Source: Verrucomicrobiota bacterium (GTDB lineage Bacteria > Verrucomicrobiota > Verrucomicrobiia > Limisphaerales > UBA8199). Taken from it: a stretch of DNA of 64,000 nt. Where the stretch lies: assembly GCA_050011195.1 (NCBI GenBank), contig JBEKJO010000001.1, positions 6,640-70,639 of the forward strand. The letters run 5' to 3'. Position numbers and translations under genes: made by a program. Shown piece by piece: positions 56,280 through 64,000 of this stretch (within the stretch, counting starts at the first letter, position 1; each line of letters begins with the position of its first letter). The notes under the pieces were generated by a model. The model made no database searches and had not been told where the DNA came from. It worked only from the letters and a program-made list of their open reading frames with translations.

Positions 56280-57890
56280 ATGAAAAGACTCTACTCGCTC
56301 AGTTCTGCGCTCGCGCTCGCCCTGTTCACCCTCCTCGCCGTCACGGGTTGCAAGAAGGAGGAAGCGCCGCCGGGCAAACCCGAGAAGGCCGCGCCGGCTG
56401 TGGCTGTGTCCGCCGAACGAACCAGCTTCGCGCAGGTCACCTCGAAGCTCGACCCGGGCGGCAGCCTTTACGTGTACCTCAGCACCGAGCAATGCCTGGA
56501 AGGCCTGTCCGGCAAGGTTTCCGCCTGGCGGGGAGTGCTGGCCGCCATTCCCGACCTCAAGTCTGAGAACCGCGAGAACCTCGGCAAGGCGTTCGACATC
56601 GTGACGAACCTGATCCAAAAGAGCGGCATCGAAGACATCAGCGGGTTCGGCATGAGCGCGATTGCGCGGGAGACCAACTTCTACCACTCGAAAATGCTTC
56701 TGCATCATTACCCGGGCAAGGGATCGGGCTTTCTGTGGACCATGTTCGGCCAAAAGCCCCATGCGCTCGAGGGCCTGAGCCTGCTGCCCGCCAGCACGGC
56801 CCTGGCGACATTCACCGATCTCGATGTCCCGCTGCTCTGGTCGGTCATCGAGAAGCAGGTGGCCGAGTCCGGCTTCCCGCAGGCCGAAGAATTGCTCAAC
56901 AAGCTGCCCGATAACTTCGAGAAGGCCACCGGCCTCAAGTGGGATCAGGTCCTCGCCTCGCTCGGGGGCGAGTTCGGCTTTGCGGTCACCCTCGATGACA
57001 CGAAGATGATCCCCATTCCCCTGCCGTCGGGCGGTGACCCGCTCCAAATCCCCGAGCCGGCGTTGCTGCTGGTGGCGAAAGTCAAAGACGACACCATTTT
57101 CAACCGCATTGAGCAAGCGCTCCAACAGAACGGCGGGCAACAGATCGTCAAGGCCGACAAACCGGGGCTGAAAATGCGCACCTGGCCTTTGACGCTGCCG
57201 TTGCCCATTCAACTGCGCCCCACCGTCGCTGCCGCCGACGGATACCTGTTCATCGCCACCACTGACGCCGTCATCCAGGAAGTGCTCGCGGTCAAAGCCG
57301 GCCAGCACGCCGGGCTGAAATCAACGCAGGAATTCCAGCGCTTGTCCAAAGATGTGCCGGTCCAAGGCAACAGTTTCAGTTTCGTGAGCCAGCGCTTCGG
57401 CCAGACCGTGATGAGAATCCAGCAGCAGGCCGCGCAGATGACGGCGAACGCGCAGGGGTCCCAAACGGCATGGCTGCAATCTTTCCTCGGCTCGGGCAAA
57501 GGGACCGTCTCCTACACGGTGGCGGCGAACACCGACGAAGGGTGGCTGGCCGTCGCCAACGGCAATCAACATCCGGCGAAGCTGCTGGCCGTTTCCGCGG
57601 TCGTTCCGATAGGCATGCTGTCGGCGATTGCGATTCCCAACTTCGTCAAGGCGCGTCAGACCTCGCAAAAGAACGCCTGCATCTTCAACCTTCGCCAGAT
57701 TGACAGTGCCAAACAGCAGTGGGCCTTGGACAACAAGAAGACGGACGCCGACACACCCACGCCCGAGGACCTGAAACCCTATCTCAACAAGAAACAATTC
57801 CCCGTCTGCCCTGCCGGCGGCACCTACAGCATCAACCCCGTCTCCAGCCGGCCCGAATGCAGCCACGCGGGGCACAGATTGTCGGATTAG
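56280..57890 (+). CDS. lipoprotein with C-terminal pilin-like (pseudopilin) module
   Basis: Lipobox MKRLYSLSSALALALFTLLAVTGC. The C-terminus is LSAIAIPNFVKARQTSQKNACIFNLRQIDSAKQQWALDNKK...CPAGGTYSINP...C. Confidence 0.65.
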   Translation: MKRLYSLSSALALALFTLLAVTGCKKEEAPPGKPEKAAPAVAVSAERTSFAQVTSKLDPGGSLYVYLSTEQCLEGLSGKVSAWRGVLAAIPDLKSENRENLGKAFDIVTNLIQKSGIEDISGFGMSAIARETNFYHSKMLLHHYPGKGSGFLWTMFGQKPHALEGLSLLPASTALATFTDLDVPLLWSVIEKQVAESGFPQAEELLNKLPDNFEKATGLKWDQVLASLGGEFGFAVTLDDTKMIPIPLPSGGDPLQIPEPALLLVAKVKDDTIFNRIEQALQQNGGQQIVKADKPGLKMRTWPLTLPLPIQLRPTVAAADGYLFIATTDAVIQEVLAVKAGQHAGLKSTQEFQRLSKDVPVQGNSFSFVSQRFGQTVMRIQQQAAQMTANAQGSQTAWLQSFLGSGKGTVSYTVAANTDEGWLAVANGNQHPAKLLAVSAVVPIGMLSAIAIPNFVKARQTSQKNACIFNLRQIDSAKQQWALDNKKTDADTPTPEDLKPYLNKKQFPVCPAGGTYSINPVSSRPECSHAGHRLSD

Positions 57891-60676
57891 AGAACAAGGC
57901 TCACCGGCGCAAAGGCCCCAACCTGGACCTTGAAGCTGCCATTCCTGACAACGATGGGCTGGCCGGCGGGGCGGCCACGGAGGTCCACCGGCTGCACCTG
58001 TTTGACGTTCATCCCCTCGGGCAGCCGGACTCTGACCGTGCCGGATTGGCCGGCCTGTTCCCAGAGGCGCAAGACGGTGCCAGGGCCGTCGGGATTGGAA
58101 CCGCAGGCGGTGACGAGAATGCTTTTGCGTGAGAGCTCGAGGCCGCGCCGGGTCGGCGGCAATGAGCCGGGCGGTCCGTCGGAGACCGCCGCGAGAAGGG
58201 GATAGCGGACTTCGAGGGAGGGGGTGATGAGGGAAGGTTCGGCGGCGTAATGCTGGATGGCCCACAATCGCACCCGGGAGGTCCAGGTGCCCTGGTTCCA
58301 GAGGCGGAAGTTGGTATCCCATTGGTTATTGAACAGGTTCACGTAGGCCACGGGCTTCTTAGGCACAAAGTCCAGCGAATACCGCCAGCAACCGGGCGTA
58401 TCGAGGCTGACCAGGGGATAGTCGATCGGGCAGAAGCCGACGCCGCGACCGCCGGCATCAGTGAGGCTCACGCCAGTGTTGATGCCGAAGATGTGCCGGT
58501 TGGCACCGGTGACGATGTCGTGGGCGGGGTCAATGATGGAACAGAGGCGGCCCAGACGGAATTGCGGGGCATGGACGTTGAGCGGGAGGCAGAGCCAGCC
58601 GGCTTCCGGCCACGGGTCGAAGGGCTTGTCGTGGAGCGTGATTTCCAGGTCGGCACAGGGCTGGTCGCGGTAGAGTATGAGGCGGGTGGTGACGGCGGGC
58701 AGACTGGCGGTGGCGGTGGCTTCCATGATGGCAGCGACCGAGGCGGCGGCTTCCTCAAAGCGCAGCTTGAAGTTCCCGGGGGAAGCGGCCTGATATTGGC
58801 TGGCTGGCGGCAGGCCGGGCTTAAAGAAGTCGGCGTGCATGTGGCCCTGTTTAAGGTAGGCGCGGCAGTATTGGGTGACCTGGTTGCCATCGAACCGTTC
58901 GTACAGGTATTGGCCCAAGCCAACCGGGGCGCTGGTGTCAGCCAGTTCGCGACCGGAGCGTTTGTCCACCAGGGAAAGGACGATGCCGCGGGAAGCGTCG
59001 AGGGTGGCAGAGAAGAAGGGGCTTTCCAGCGAGGCGGCAGGGGGCGTGTTGCGTGTTGCGTGTTGCGTGGCGGGCGCTTTGGCGGCGGTGTAAGTCCGAT
59101 AGCCCATCGGCGGGATGTCGCGGGCGAAGAAGTTGAACTGCCCAGCCGTGGTCTGGACGGGTGAAACTTCGCCGCCGTCAACGGGCTTGAGCGCGGTGAA
59201 GGCGGAGTCGCTGGAGTCGAGGGTGACTATGCCGCTGCGTGTCCAGGGGAGCGGGTTGTAAACGACGACGCGCCGGCCCTCGGTGTTCACGCTTTGGGCC
59301 AGGGCCTGCAAGTTCCTCGCCAGCGCCGGGGTGATAATCTCATGGGCCTTCTTGATGTAAGCAGTGTGCTCATCCCAAGAGCTTTCGATGCGGTCAAATC
59401 GGCCCGTGGCGCGGTCTTTCTGGAAGGCCTCGCCGAAGCTGAGCATGTTATGAATCCAGCCGACGGAGCCGCCCCAAGTGTGTTCACCGTAGAGAAGGCT
59501 CTGCTCGTAGGCTGCGGCGATGGCCGGCGCTTCGTTGGGCAGAGGCAGGCCCCAGCCGCGTAGTTGGGTGTTGAGAGTCTCGGTAGCGGCGATGAGCGGG
59601 CGGGTGTTGCGGGCGAGCTTCGCGCCGGCGGGATCGGACATGGGGCCGTGAATCCAGGTGTCCGGGGTGTCGCTGCGCACCACGGGCAGGTTGGGCTTCT
59701 CGGCGAGGATGGCGTCACCGAAGTCGGAGAGCCTGCCGATGCGGACCTTGACGCCCGGGAACTGTTGGGCGGCCTGGTCGAGCAGCTTCCTGACTTCGTC
59801 GGGGCGCGGGGGGCCGTGGTTATCGCCGGTGTGGATGCAGGCCAGCCAGGTGCGATAGGGCCAGTCGGCGGGCGGGGCAAGCTGGGTCCCGTAGTAGGGA
59901 GAATACATGGTGAGGACGCGGGAACCGTCGGGGCCCTGCCACCAGTAAAGCAAGGGGACTTTCAAGGGTCCGCTGGACCCGTTGCAGCCGATCATCATGA
60001 AGTCAATGCCGGCGTGCTTCAGCAACGTGGCCATCATCCAGGTGTGTTCCGGCACATCGGTCATCTTGCCATCGCGCGGCAGTTCCAGCCCGAGGCGGCG
60101 GGTCAGTCGCGAAGAGTACCCAAGGCCGCGCACGAGGTCTTCGGCTTCGAGCAGCTCGGTGTGGGTGGAAAAAGGCAGGCCGTGGACTACGAACCGTCCG
60201 TCCCGGAGCGCCTGTTCCACGCGCTCTTTGCGTTGTGGCGATTGCCCGGGCCAGTCCTGGAGAATCTTGTGCATCGGCCAGCCGGAGAGGGTCCAGGTGA
60301 ACTGCTGTTGGGGCGGCAGGTCGCGGTTCTGGTCCACGACCTCGAGCGCCTGGTCAATCATCGTGGTGCGGTAGCGCTGGACGATGTTGGTGGCCAAGTC
60401 GGTGTAGCCGATGTCGAAGTGGGTCTTGAAGACCACGATGATCTCCCGGAGGGTGTTTGTCTCCGCCGCCGGACTGGTCAGGGCGGCGAGCAGCAGCAGG
60501 GAGAGAACCCCCCGGACCTTTGACGTGCGTTGCGCCTGTGAACCCCAAGGCGGAGACGGACCCCTCACCCCGGCCCTCTCCCCTTCGGAAGGGGAGAGGG
60601 GGAATCGTCGGCAGCTCTCTGGCGAATCGAGGTTAATGGAAAGGAGTCTCAGCCGGGAGGTGGTGCGTGTTGTCAT
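57887..60676 (-). CDS. large secreted glycoside-hydrolase-like protein (GH38-like N-terminal domain, tentative)
   Basis: Signal-like VLSLLLLAALTSPAAE, then IIVVFKTHFDIGYTD. The first ~45 codons cover a hairpin repeat, so the true start is probably internal. Family call not verified. Confidence 0.5.
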   Translation of the reverse strand: MTTRTTSRLRLLSINLDSPESCRRFPLSPSEGERAGVRGPSPPWGSQAQRTSKVRGVLSLLLLAALTSPAAETNTLREIIVVFKTHFDIGYTDLATNIVQRYRTTMIDQALEVVDQNRDLPPQQQFTWTLSGWPMHKILQDWPGQSPQRKERVEQALRDGRFVVHGLPFSTHTELLEAEDLVRGLGYSSRLTRRLGLELPRDGKMTDVPEHTWMMATLLKHAGIDFMMIGCNGSSGPLKVPLLYWWQGPDGSRVLTMYSPYYGTQLAPPADWPYRTWLACIHTGDNHGPPRPDEVRKLLDQAAQQFPGVKVRIGRLSDFGDAILAEKPNLPVVRSDTPDTWIHGPMSDPAGAKLARNTRPLIAATETLNTQLRGWGLPLPNEAPAIAAAYEQSLLYGEHTWGGSVGWIHNMLSFGEAFQKDRATGRFDRIESSWDEHTAYIKKAHEIITPALARNLQALAQSVNTEGRRVVVYNPLPWTRSGIVTLDSSDSAFTALKPVDGGEVSPVQTTAGQFNFFARDIPPMGYRTYTAAKAPATQHATRNTPPAASLESPFFSATLDASRGIVLSLVDKRSGRELADTSAPVGLGQYLYERFDGNQVTQYCRAYLKQGHMHADFFKPGLPPASQYQAASPGNFKLRFEEAAASVAAIMEATATASLPAVTTRLILYRDQPCADLEITLHDKPFDPWPEAGWLCLPLNVHAPQFRLGRLCSIIDPAHDIVTGANRHIFGINTGVSLTDAGGRGVGFCPIDYPLVSLDTPGCWRYSLDFVPKKPVAYVNLFNNQWDTNFRLWNQGTWTSRVRLWAIQHYAAEPSLITPSLEVRYPLLAAVSDGPPGSLPPTRRGLELSRKSILVTACGSNPDGPGTVLRLWEQAGQSGTVRVRLPEGMNVKQVQPVDLRGRPAGQPIVVRNGSFKVQVGAFAPVSLVL
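59044..59069. repeat. heptamer GCGTGTT x3.7 inside CDS
   Basis: gcgtgttgcgtgttgcgtgttgcgtg, which encodes ...TQHATRNTP... on the minus strand. Confidence 0.85.
60561..60600. repeat. short hairpin element family G, copy 3
   Basis: cccctcaccccggccctctccccttcggaaggggagaggg, inside the annotated 5' end of ORF 57887..60676. Confidence 0.8.
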
Positions 60677-60997
60677 AAAGCTTATCAGGGCAGCCCAGAC
60701 CGTAAGTAAACGGGTGCGCGGAGTAAATCCAAATGTTCGGTTTGCCGGGCGGGGGGGCGTATCGTGACGGTACCACCAGTCCCGGCAGCGTGGCGGGCGA
60801 ACCCAAGCTCAACGCGGCAACACGCCCCACCCTCAGGCTGTTGTCTTGGTCAGCGTCCGTCCTTGGAATCCTAACGCGGGTCGATTATCAGAGGAAGATT
60901 CTATGGATCAACGCACGACCAGAGAACTGGAAATCAGGAATAACCCTGTGAACCAACGTGTGCCCAACCAAATCGCCCGGCTTACCGCCTCCGCCGC

Positions 60998-61582
60998 TCA
61001 CTCAATCTCCGAATACCGGAAGCAATTGACCAGGTGGTCGTTGACCATCCCCACCGCTTGCATAAGGGCGTAACAGATCGTCGGCCCGACGAATTTGAAT
61101 CCGCGCCCGAGCAAATCCTTGCTCATGGAGTCGGATTGCGGCGTGCGCGCGGGAATCTGCTTTAGCGTCTGCCAGGCATTCCGAACGGGGTGCCCGGCCA
61201 CGAAGCGCCAGATGTAGGCGTCGAAGCTGCCGAATTCCCTCTGGACGGCGAGGAAGGCCTGCGCGTTCCGGATGGCGGCGGCAATCTTGAGCCGGTTGCG
61301 CACGATGCCGGCGTCGGCGAGCAGCTTCTTGACTTTGCGGGCATCGTAGCGCGCGACTTTCCGGGCGTCGAAGTGGTCGAACGCCTGGCGGTAGTGGTCG
61401 CGCTTCTCCAGGATGGTGGACCAGCTCAGCCCCGCCTGGGCGCCTTCGAGAACGAGGAACTCGAAGAGGACCCGGTCGTCATGCTGTGGCACGCCCCATT
61501 CGCGGTCATGGTATTGGATGTTCAGAGGGGTGGTGGCCCACTGGCAGCGCTGCGTGAGGGGCGAGGTGCGGGTCGAACTCAT
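60998..61582 (-). CDS. tag: DNA-3-methyladenine glycosylase I
   Basis: RCQWATTPLNIQYHDREWGVPQHDDRVLFEFLVLEGAQAGLSWSTIL. Confidence 0.9.
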   Translation of the reverse strand: MSSTRTSPLTQRCQWATTPLNIQYHDREWGVPQHDDRVLFEFLVLEGAQAGLSWSTILEKRDHYRQAFDHFDARKVARYDARKVKKLLADAGIVRNRLKIAAAIRNAQAFLAVQREFGSFDAYIWRFVAGHPVRNAWQTLKQIPARTPQSDSMSKDLLGRGFKFVGPTICYALMQAVGMVNDHLVNCFRYSEIE

Positions 61583-61659
61583 ACGGAAATGAATCTAGCC
61601 TCGCGCATTGGCAACCGCAACTTGACATGCGCCAACACCATTTCGGAGTATGAGCCGTC

Positions 61660-63372
61660 ATGCAAGCATCGTCGGATACCGGGGGCGCGGCCCAGCAAGC
61701 GGTTGTCCCCGCGTCGCCACCGGACGCTGCGGCTGAATCCATCACCCTCTATCACTGGCTCGTCGTCTTCTTCGCCTCGTGCGGGTGGCTGTTTGACTGC
61801 ATGGGACAGCGGATTTTTGTCCTCTCGCGCGAGCCGGCGCTGAGGGAATTGCTGGGGGCCACCGCTTCGGACGACGACGTGAAATACTGGGGCGGCATCG
61901 CCACACTGGTCATGATGGTCGGCTGGGCCACCGGCGGCATCCTCTTCGGCATGATGAGCGACCACTATGGCCGCGTGAAGACCATGGTCAGCACCCTGCT
62001 CGCCTACACTATTTTCTCCGGCCTGTCCGGTTTTGCGCGCACGGGCGTCGAATTCCTGAGCTTTCGTTTCCTGTTCGGCCTGGGGGTGGGCGGAATGTTC
62101 GGCGCGGCGACAACCCTGGTGGCGGAAAGCGTGCCGCGGCGTTTTCGCACCACGGCGCTCGGCTCGATGCAGGCGTTGTCGGCGTGCGGCAACATGCTGG
62201 CTTCCGGGCTTAGCCTCAGTATCACCCCCGGCATGGAGAGTTTTTGGGGCCATTATAGCGGCTGGCAGGTGCTCTCCTTCGTGAGCGTTTTTCCCGCCAT
62301 CCTCGCCGTGCCAATGCTGCTCATCTTGAAGGAACCCCAGGCGTGGATAAGAGCCAAAGCAGAGGCCGTTACCGGCGGTGCCGGTAAAGCCGTCGGCTCG
62401 ATTGCGGATTTGTTCCGCCATCCCCGCTGGCGCCGCAGCACGCTGGTCGGCATCTGCCTGGGCGTCGCCGGCATGGCCGGTTTGTGGGGGATCGCCTTCT
62501 TCTCGCCGGAGTTGATCACCACTGCCTTCAAGAATCGGCCCCTGCAAGTCGAGGAAATCCTCAAGCCGGCGCAACTTTGCGCCGCCTTGAAGTCCCCGGC
62601 CAACCCGGCCATCGCCCATCTCAAGGCCAGGCTGTCGCCCGACCTCGTCCAACAGTTGGACGCCTTCGCGCCCGACAAGCCAGCGCCGCCCGCCACCGTC
62701 CGGGCGCTGGTGCAAGACCTCAACCGCCTTATCCAGCAGGACAATCTTCATAACGAAGAAGTCTTCCAATCCGTGGACCTCAAGCAACGCACGAAGAACT
62801 TGATTCAACTGGTGCAGAAGAACGGCGAACGGCAGAATATCATCTCGCTCAACCGGCAACTGGTGGATCAACTCTTCCCGGGCGCCATCAGCGAGCTGCA
62901 GAAGACCATCGACCAGACCCGCAACTGGGGCACACTACTTCAGGACGTAGGCTCGCTGCTGGGGATGTTCGCGTTCACCTTCGCGGCCTCGTATTTCAAC
63001 CGGCGCATTGCCTTCCTCGGGGCGTTTGTCCTCTGCCTCTGCTCGGTGTCCTACGTCTTTTGTTCCCTGAAGACGGCGACCGATGTGCTCTGGATGCTGC
63101 CGCTGATGGGCTTTGCCACGCTGTCCTGTTTTGCGGGTTACTCAATCTACTTCCCGGAAATCTTTCCCACGCGCCTGCGCGGCACCGGCGTCGGCTTCTG
63201 CTATAATACCGTTCGCTACCTGGCAGCTCCCTTCCCGTTCCTGCTGGGCTGGCTGAGCACGCTGATGCCCTTCCGCACGGTGGCCGTGATCATGTCCTCG
63301 ATCTACCTCCTGGGCATCGCTGCCCTGATTTGGGCGCCGGAGACCAAGGGGCAACCGTTGCCGGAGGATTGA
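61660..63372 (+). CDS. MFS transporter with a long central loop
   Basis: 12-TM-like pattern with GMMSDHYGRVK (motif A-like). A ~150-aa hydrophilic insertion sits between the two halves. Confidence 0.85.
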   Translation: MQASSDTGGAAQQAVVPASPPDAAAESITLYHWLVVFFASCGWLFDCMGQRIFVLSREPALRELLGATASDDDVKYWGGIATLVMMVGWATGGILFGMMSDHYGRVKTMVSTLLAYTIFSGLSGFARTGVEFLSFRFLFGLGVGGMFGAATTLVAESVPRRFRTTALGSMQALSACGNMLASGLSLSITPGMESFWGHYSGWQVLSFVSVFPAILAVPMLLILKEPQAWIRAKAEAVTGGAGKAVGSIADLFRHPRWRRSTLVGICLGVAGMAGLWGIAFFSPELITTAFKNRPLQVEEILKPAQLCAALKSPANPAIAHLKARLSPDLVQQLDAFAPDKPAPPATVRALVQDLNRLIQQDNLHNEEVFQSVDLKQRTKNLIQLVQKNGERQNIISLNRQLVDQLFPGAISELQKTIDQTRNWGTLLQDVGSLLGMFAFTFAASYFNRRIAFLGAFVLCLCSVSYVFCSLKTATDVLWMLPLMGFATLSCFAGYSIYFPEIFPTRLRGTGVGFCYNTVRYLAAPFPFLLGWLSTLMPFRTVAVIMSSIYLLGIAALIWAPETKGQPLPED

Positions 63373-63380
63373 CGGGGCGA

Positions 63381-63410
63381 AAAAAGGCCCGTCCTCGGAA
63401 AAGGACGGGC
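63381..63410 (-). terminator. rho-independent terminator downstream of rplQ
   Basis: Stem gcccgtcct / aggacgggc (63387..63395, 63402..63410), followed on the minus strand by TTTTTT (63381..63386). Confidence 0.6.
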
Positions 63411-63437
63411 GGTGAGTGAATTTGATTCGGGGTTCGG

Positions 63438-63896
63438 TTACTTGGCGGCTTCGGCTTTTGCTTCCGCTTTGGCGTCTTTGGCTTCGGCCGGTTTGGTTTC
63501 CTTGGCCGGCTTCTCTTCAGCCGGAGCTTCGGCGACTATGCCAAGGTCCACCCATTCGAGAATAGCCCTTTGGGCGGCGTCACCCTGACGCTGGTTCAGC
63601 CGCACGATACGGGTATAACCACCCCGACGCTCTTTTTGCGCGGGCGCGATTTCGTCGAACAGGATTTGCACCGCGTCTTCCTGATGGAGGCGCGCGGCGG
63701 CTAGGCGGCGGTCGTGAATGGTGCCACGCTTGCCGAGCGTGACCATCTTCTCCGCCACGGACCGGGCGGCTTTGGCCTTGGCCAGAGTGGTGACGACGCG
63801 TTTGTGCTTGATCAGGCTGCAAACCAGGTTGGCGAGCATCGCATTCCGATGTTCACCCGTGCGGCCCAGCTTGGCAGTTCGCTTAAGGTGTCGCAT
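63438..63896 (-). CDS. rplQ: 50S ribosomal protein L17 with Lys/Ala/Glu-rich C-terminal tail
   Basis: ATG at 63896 gives MRHLKRTAKLGRTGEHRNAMLANLVCSLIKHKRVVTTLAKAKA.... The tail is PAEEKPAKETKPAEAKDAKAEAKAEAAK. Confidence 0.92.
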   Translation of the reverse strand: MRHLKRTAKLGRTGEHRNAMLANLVCSLIKHKRVVTTLAKAKAARSVAEKMVTLGKRGTIHDRRLAAARLHQEDAVQILFDEIAPAQKERRGGYTRIVRLNQRQGDAAQRAILEWVDLGIVAEAPAEEKPAKETKPAEAKDAKAEAKAEAAK

Positions 63897-64000
63897 AAGT
63901 AGTAACTGGTAATCGGTAATTGGTAATTGGTCATCAAGGGCAAAGCACGGCTCCCAAGGAGCCACGCTCTCCGTTATCAGGGAGCCGGCGCGGTCGCACC

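Noticed and set aside
56240-56280. ggattcgac-like string reminiscent of the tmRNA/tRNA acceptor-T arm. I also scanned generally for GGTTCGA(A/G)TCC T-loops.
   Set aside because: There is no surrounding cloverleaf or tmRNA elements. The only GGTTCGA-type strings found lie inside lepA and recJ coding sequence. No tRNA, rRNA or tmRNA could be supported.
63977-64000. Eight codons plus a stop on the minus strand at the right edge (GATAPAP*), possibly the end of rpoA upstream of rplQ.
   Set aside because: It is far too short to support any call. Gene order alone is not evidence.

Overview
High-GC bacterial chromosomal segment, most consistent with a PVC-superphylum (Verrucomicrobiota-like) genome. 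Pointers are a PEP-CTERM sorting signal, several prepilin-type/H-X9-DG proteins, Tat-signal Gfo/Idh/MocA oxidoreductases and a very dense load of short palindromic repeat families. About 50 protein genes are supportable. The backbone is housekeeping: adk, yajC-secDF, terC-like, recJ, ispD, ctpA, tsaD, tyrA, gyrB-gyrA, pdxH, leuD, lepA-lepB, glgA, serS, tag, rplQ. I recognised no rRNA, tRNA or CRISPR array. Two accessory islands stand out. (i) 10.4-14.5 kb, between recJ and ispD, holds an HNH endonuclease plus Dam-family methylase bracketed by ~140-bp imperfect direct repeats. Next come two small lower-GC membrane-protein ORFs delimited by attC-like imperfect hairpins with RYYYAAC/GTTRRRY cores (integron-cassette or CALIN-like, no integrase in the window), then ~0.9 kb of gene-poor repeat DNA. 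This is my best candidate for something new. (ii) 51.8-54.8 kb holds a MazF-type TA pair, a low-GC orphan membrane protein and ~1.1 kb of non-coding DNA with an 11-bp x16 tandem array and an octamer-array hairpin. At least five unrelated families of 80-160-bp nested-hairpin palindromic elements are present. Copies sit in frame inside recJ and inside a RecB-nuclease/DinG-type helicase fusion, and one sits in the 5' end of a pseudopilin gene. Other points of interest are a two-component-system-linked PEP-CTERM / 16-blade PD40 / pseudopilin cluster, a lipoprotein with a C-terminal pilin-like module, and a translationally coupled pseudopilin-ABC exporter operon. All calls come from by-eye motif recognition on the sequence and ORF track; no database search or folding program was run.
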